This document shows positions 16,549 to 20,000 of a stretch of 20,000 nt of DNA, in pieces (position 1 is the stretch's first letter; each line of letters begins with the position of its first letter). The position numbers and the translations under genes were made by a program. Source of the DNA: an uncultured virus (IMG/VR IMGVR_UViG_3300025655_005747) (taxonomy: Duplodnaviria; Heunggongvirae; Uroviricota; Caudoviricetes); the IMG/VR virus record IMGVR_UViG_3300025655_005747. One strand, 5' to 3'. The notes under the pieces were generated by a model. The model saw only the letters and a list, made by a program, of their open reading frames with translations. It had not been told where the DNA came from and made no database searches.

Positions 16549-19500
16549 GTGAGCATCAAGATCGCGCACGTATCGGACATTCACGTCCGCAAATTAAAGT
16601 ACCATAAGGAGTACCGAGCAGTATTCGAGCAGTTATATGAAAAGCTGCGAGAAGAAAAGCCAGACATTATCGTAAACACAGGCGATACCTTCCACACAAA
16701 GTTGGATATGTCGCCCGAAGCAATTAAGATGATGAGTGATCTATTCGTAGACTTAGCAGACATTGCGCCTTACCATATGATCCTCGGCAACCACGATATG
16801 AATTTAAAGAACAGTGGTCGTCTTGATGCTATTTCGCCCATCGTAGAATATCTTAATCATCCAAACATTCACTTCCACAAGTATTCAGACGTTGTGGAGG
16901 TTGCTGATGGCGTTGATCTACATGTGTTGTCTATTGTTGATCCAGAGAACTGGAAAACAGAACTACCGCAAGACCGCGTAAACATCGCGCTTTATCACGG
17001 TTCTGTTGTTGGGTCTGTAACAGACAGCGGTTGGATGATGACGCACGGCGACATCTCGCTTGATGAACTTGAAAAGTATGACTATGCATTGCTTGGAGAC
17101 ATTCACAAGACAGATCAAAAGGTAGATAACGACGGCAGAGCAAGGTATCCCGGCTCGCTTGTGCAGCAAAACCACGGAGAGTCTAACGACAAGGGCTATC
17201 TTATTTGGGACATCCAAGATAAGAATGTGTGGAACACGCGACATGTTTCGCTTGTAAACCCAAAGCCGTTCATCACTATCGAACTTACTCGCAAAGGCAG
17301 GATGCCGAAGAACACAGAGATACCAACAGGTGCTCGTTTGCGGTTAGTTAGCAACAACAACCTACCACTAGACGTAATGCGCCGTGCAGTTGATATTGCA
17401 AAGCACAGGTTCCAGCCAGAGACTATATCGTTTCTTAACAGAGCGTCAGGTGAGCGTGGTTCTGTTGAGGCTTTGACGGATGAACTTGGTAATGATAACC
17501 TTCGCGACGTTGCAGTGCAAGAAGAACTTATCGAAGAGTATTTGGTAGACTATGAAGTTCCAGAAGCGACAATGGAAAAAGTCTTTGAACTAAACAGAAG
17601 ATACAATAAGATCGTAGAGGACAACGAAGATGTATCAAGAAATGTTAATTGGCGCCTTAATAATTTTGAGTTTGATAATTTGTTTAATTATGGCGACGGC
17701 AATAAAGTCAATTTTGAAGAGTTAAGCGGCATTGTCGGCATCTTTGGAAAGAACTTCTCAGGTAAGTCGTCTATTATTGATGCGATCTTGTGGACGATGT
17801 TCAACTCTACATCAAAGAACGAGCGTAAGAACTTAAACGTTATCAACCAAAATAAAAACTATGCTTCCGGCAAAGTTCAAATTGATATCGGAGAAAAGAC
17901 TTATACTATTGAAAGAAGATCCGATAAGTATACAAAGCGACTTAAAGGCGAAGAAACACTAGAAGCCAAGACAGATCTAAACTTTGAAGTTTATGATAAT
18001 GTAATGGGCGAAACTCAGTCTTTAAACGGCTTGACTAGGACACAGACCGATGCAAATATTCGTAAGCATTTTGGTACGTTAGACGACTTCTCTGTTTCTT
18101 CTTTGTCGTCCCAACACGGTGCCCTCACGTTTATTGACGAGGGCTCAACACGACGGAAAGAAATTATCGCCAAGTTCTTGGATCTAGAATTCTTTGAGCA
18201 AAAGTTCAAACTTGCAAAAGAAGACTCTGTTGATCTGAAAGGTGCTTTAAAGCGGATGGAAACAAAGAACTATGACGACGAGATAGAAAAGCATACGGAA
18301 GAACTACAAACCGCAAGAGAGTCATTAATTCAACAACAAGAAACTTGCGCAGCTTTGAAGAGCACACTAGCTACTTTAAATGAAGACTGCGGCAAAACAC
18401 AAAAGATAATTGACTCTATTCCAGCAGAGATCATAGACATTGCTGCTATCACAACCGAGATCCGCAGCAAAGAAAATGAAATAACAGCGTTGGATATAAA
18501 GATCTCCGAAGACGAAGGAACATTAAAAACAAAGCAAGGTGTATATCAAAAGGTTGTTGCATTCTTAAATGAGTTTGAGTTAAGCAAGTACGAAGACTTA
18601 CAAAAGCAAATAACCGAACACCAGTCAGAACTGAAAGCACAAGAAGACCTTCTCGATAAACTTCTAGAAGCACACAACAATATCTTGAAGAAAGAGAAAC
18701 TTCTACACGAGCACGAATATGATCCAAACTGCAAGTATTGCTGTGATAATGAGTTTGTTAAGGAAGCCCACGAAGCCGTCGCACAAAAGAATTCTGTTGA
18801 GACACAGCAAGCACAAACATTAAACAACATCAGCAACATCACAAGTCAAATAGAAGCACTTGACCCAGTTGATGTCGGCAACCAACTTGATAGATACTCT
18901 CGGATGGAGGACAGCAAGAACACCATCACATCAGAGATAGCAGATCTAAACTTGGAGATAGAAAGAAACAAAAACTCCATTCACAGAATCGAGGCTTCAC
19001 TAACCACTCTCCGAGCCAAGAGAGATGAATATGAAGAGAACAAAGAAGCAATTGAAAACCTTGAAACGCTATTGTCTCAATTGAACGAATGTCATTACAA
19101 GATCAAGCAAACAAATAATGAGATCGATAAGTGTGAAGTAGCAACGCTTGACTTTGTAAAAGCAGTTGGCTCTCTTGAACAAAAGGTAGAGAACATTCGA
19201 GAGCAAAAGAAAGAATACACAGAACTACAACGAGAGTTCTCTGCATATGATTTGTTTATGCGCTGCATGCACTCAAACGGTATTGCATACGACATTATCA
19301 AGAAAAAGATACCCGTCATCAACTCCGAGATAGCAAAGGTGTTAGCAAATATTGTAGAGTTCGAGGTGTTCTTCGAAGCATCAGGAAACAAGTTTGATAT
19401 CTTCATTAAACACCCGCGTTATGATGAGCGTCCCATTGAAATGGCTTCGGGTGCAGAGAAATCATTGTCTGCAATTGCGATACGTCTTGCGCTTCTAGGT

Positions 19501-19716
19501 GTATCGTCGCTACCAACTGGTGATATTTTTGTGTTGGATGAACCCGGAACTGCATTAGACGAAGAAAATATGGAAGGTTTTATTCGGATCTTGGAACTAA
19601 TTAAGGTATATTTTAAGAATGTTTTGCTTATCTCGCACCTTGACTCACTTAAAGATTGCGTAGATATGCAGATCATGATTGATAAAAAAGAAGGATTCGC
19701 AAAGGTAAACCAATGA
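16549..19716 (+). CDS. Mre11-Rad50 (SbcD-SbcC; T4 gp47-gp46-like) single-chain fusion nuclease/ATPase
   Basis: Phosphoesterase motifs SDIH, GDTFH, GNHD, YHG, GDIH and YPGS. Then Walker A GKNFSGKS (17746-17769), coiled coil with central CKYC hook (18730-18741), signature ASGAEK, Walker B IFVLDEP, D-loop ALD and H-loop ISH. GTG start with GGAG upstream. Confidence 0.93.
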   Translation: MSIKIAHVSDIHVRKLKYHKEYRAVFEQLYEKLREEKPDIIVNTGDTFHTKLDMSPEAIKMMSDLFVDLADIAPYHMILGNHDMNLKNSGRLDAISPIVEYLNHPNIHFHKYSDVVEVADGVDLHVLSIVDPENWKTELPQDRVNIALYHGSVVGSVTDSGWMMTHGDISLDELEKYDYALLGDIHKTDQKVDNDGRARYPGSLVQQNHGESNDKGYLIWDIQDKNVWNTRHVSLVNPKPFITIELTRKGRMPKNTEIPTGARLRLVSNNNLPLDVMRRAVDIAKHRFQPETISFLNRASGERGSVEALTDELGNDNLRDVAVQEELIEEYLVDYEVPEATMEKVFELNRRYNKIVEDNEDVSRNVNWRLNNFEFDNLFNYGDGNKVNFEELSGIVGIFGKNFSGKSSIIDAILWTMFNSTSKNERKNLNVINQNKNYASGKVQIDIGEKTYTIERRSDKYTKRLKGEETLEAKTDLNFEVYDNVMGETQSLNGLTRTQTDANIRKHFGTLDDFSVSSLSSQHGALTFIDEGSTRRKEIIAKFLDLEFFEQKFKLAKEDSVDLKGALKRMETKNYDDEIEKHTEELQTARESLIQQQETCAALKSTLATLNEDCGKTQKIIDSIPAEIIDIAAITTEIRSKENEITALDIKISEDEGTLKTKQGVYQKVVAFLNEFELSKYEDLQKQITEHQSELKAQEDLLDKLLEAHNNILKKEKLLHEHEYDPNCKYCCDNEFVKEAHEAVAQKNSVETQQAQTLNNISNITSQIEALDPVDVGNQLDRYSRMEDSKNTITSEIADLNLEIERNKNSIHRIEASLTTLRAKRDEYEENKEAIENLETLLSQLNECHYKIKQTNNEIDKCEVATLDFVKAVGSLEQKVENIREQKKEYTELQREFSAYDLFMRCMHSNGIAYDIIKKKIPVINSEIAKVLANIVEFEVFFEASGNKFDIFIKHPRYDERPIEMASGAEKSLSAIAIRLALLGVSSLPTGDIFVLDEPGTALDEENMEGFIRILELIKVYFKNVLLISHLDSLKDCVDMQIMIDKKEGFAKVNQ

Positions 19717-20000
19717 ACGATAATGATAATAAAAACGAGTTTGACTTTCTGCCTCCCGCAGAGCCACCTCCCTCCTTTAATCAGGAGAAAGACCACTATC
19801 ATGAAGAAGTTGAAGCAGAAGATTTCGGAATGGTTGAGGACTTCGGATTACAGATGGAATATTCTGATGAAGATCTCCTCCCAGAAAACACTGCGCCTTC
19901 CTCTCTGAATGTGGGCTTTGTTGGCGTCGGCGGTGGAGGCAACAAAATGGCGAATGCGTTTATTGAATTAGGTTTCAATAAAACGCTACTCGTAAACACA
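19713..20000 (+). CDS. Tubulin/FtsZ-family GTPase (phage PhuZ/TubZ-like), 3'-truncated by the window edge; missed by the ORF track
   Basis: ATG19713 overlaps the Mre11-Rad50 TGA and the frame is open to the window end. Translation: MNDNDNKNEFDFLPPAEPPPSFNQEKDHYHEEVEAEDFGMVEDFGLQMEYSDEDLLPENTAPSSLNVGFVGVGGGGNKMANAFIELGFNKTLLVNT. It contains the FtsZ-like GVGGGG loop and the following VNT(D) strand. Confidence 0.8.
   Translation, partial: MNDNDNKNEFDFLPPAEPPPSFNQEKDHYHEEVEAEDFGMVEDFGLQMEYSDEDLLPENTAPSSLNVGFVGVGGGGNKMANAFIELGFNKTLLVNT

Larger units (their letters stand above)
1..20000 (+). mobile_element. Segment of a large dsDNA tailed phage genome (structural module followed by replication/recombination module)
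   Basis: All credible ORFs are on one strand with short gaps or overlaps (TAATG at 5840-5844, ATGA at 12227 and 19713). Content is phage-typical: large hypothetical structural proteins, RuvC-like resolvase, GIY-YIG homing endonuclease, primase, Mre11/Rad50 and a tubulin-like gene. No cellular housekeeping operon is present. Confidence 0.9.

Noticed and set aside
400..19802. Remaining short (60-127 aa) nested or antisense ORFs in the track
   Set aside because: All overlap long, well-supported + strand genes and show no recognisable motifs.
19723..19999. Track ORFs 19723..19908 (+) and 19799..19999 (-)
   Set aside because: Both overlap the better-supported tubulin/FtsZ-like frame starting at 19713.
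1..20000. Stop-codon reassignment (none of the 14 large complete-ended genes ends in TAG)
   Set aside because: The standard code already gives full-length, tightly packed genes with no TAG-interrupted domains. TAG avoidance is common in AT-rich phages.
1..20000. CRISPR array, tRNA, rRNA, DGR repeat pair or integrase/att site
   Set aside because: Intergenic gaps are all under about 150 nt and I saw no periodic repeats, cloverleafs, reverse transcriptase or recombinase. A self-dotplot and tRNAscan-SE run would be needed to exclude subtle cases.

Overview
This AT-rich 20-kb window is densely coding, and every credible gene lies on the + strand. It looks like part of a large tailed-phage genome (myovirus/jumbo-like), not a cellular chromosome. 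Bases 1-12230 hold a putative virion/tail-baseplate module: two very large acidic proteins, two smaller hypotheticals and a three-gene cluster with tail-collar (DUF3751-like) motifs, two of them tandem paralogs. An HExxH protein and a RuvC-like resolvase are tightly coupled behind it. Bases 13139-20000 hold a DNA-metabolism module: a SlyD/SlpA-type FKBP with a C-terminal HeH/Rho_N-like domain, a GIY-YIG homing endonuclease overlapping a DnaG-type primase, a possible capsid-packaged protein, a 31-aa hydrophobic ORF, a single-chain Mre11-Rad50 (SbcD-SbcC) fusion, and the 5' end of a tubulin/FtsZ-family gene that the ORF track missed. Two promoter classes are visible: sigma70-type TTGACA-N17-TATRRT-like promoters and a recurring (A/G)CTAWTTAY motif that may be a late promoter. 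I saw no tRNA, rRNA or CRISPR array. All family calls come from motif recognition by eye; no database search was run.
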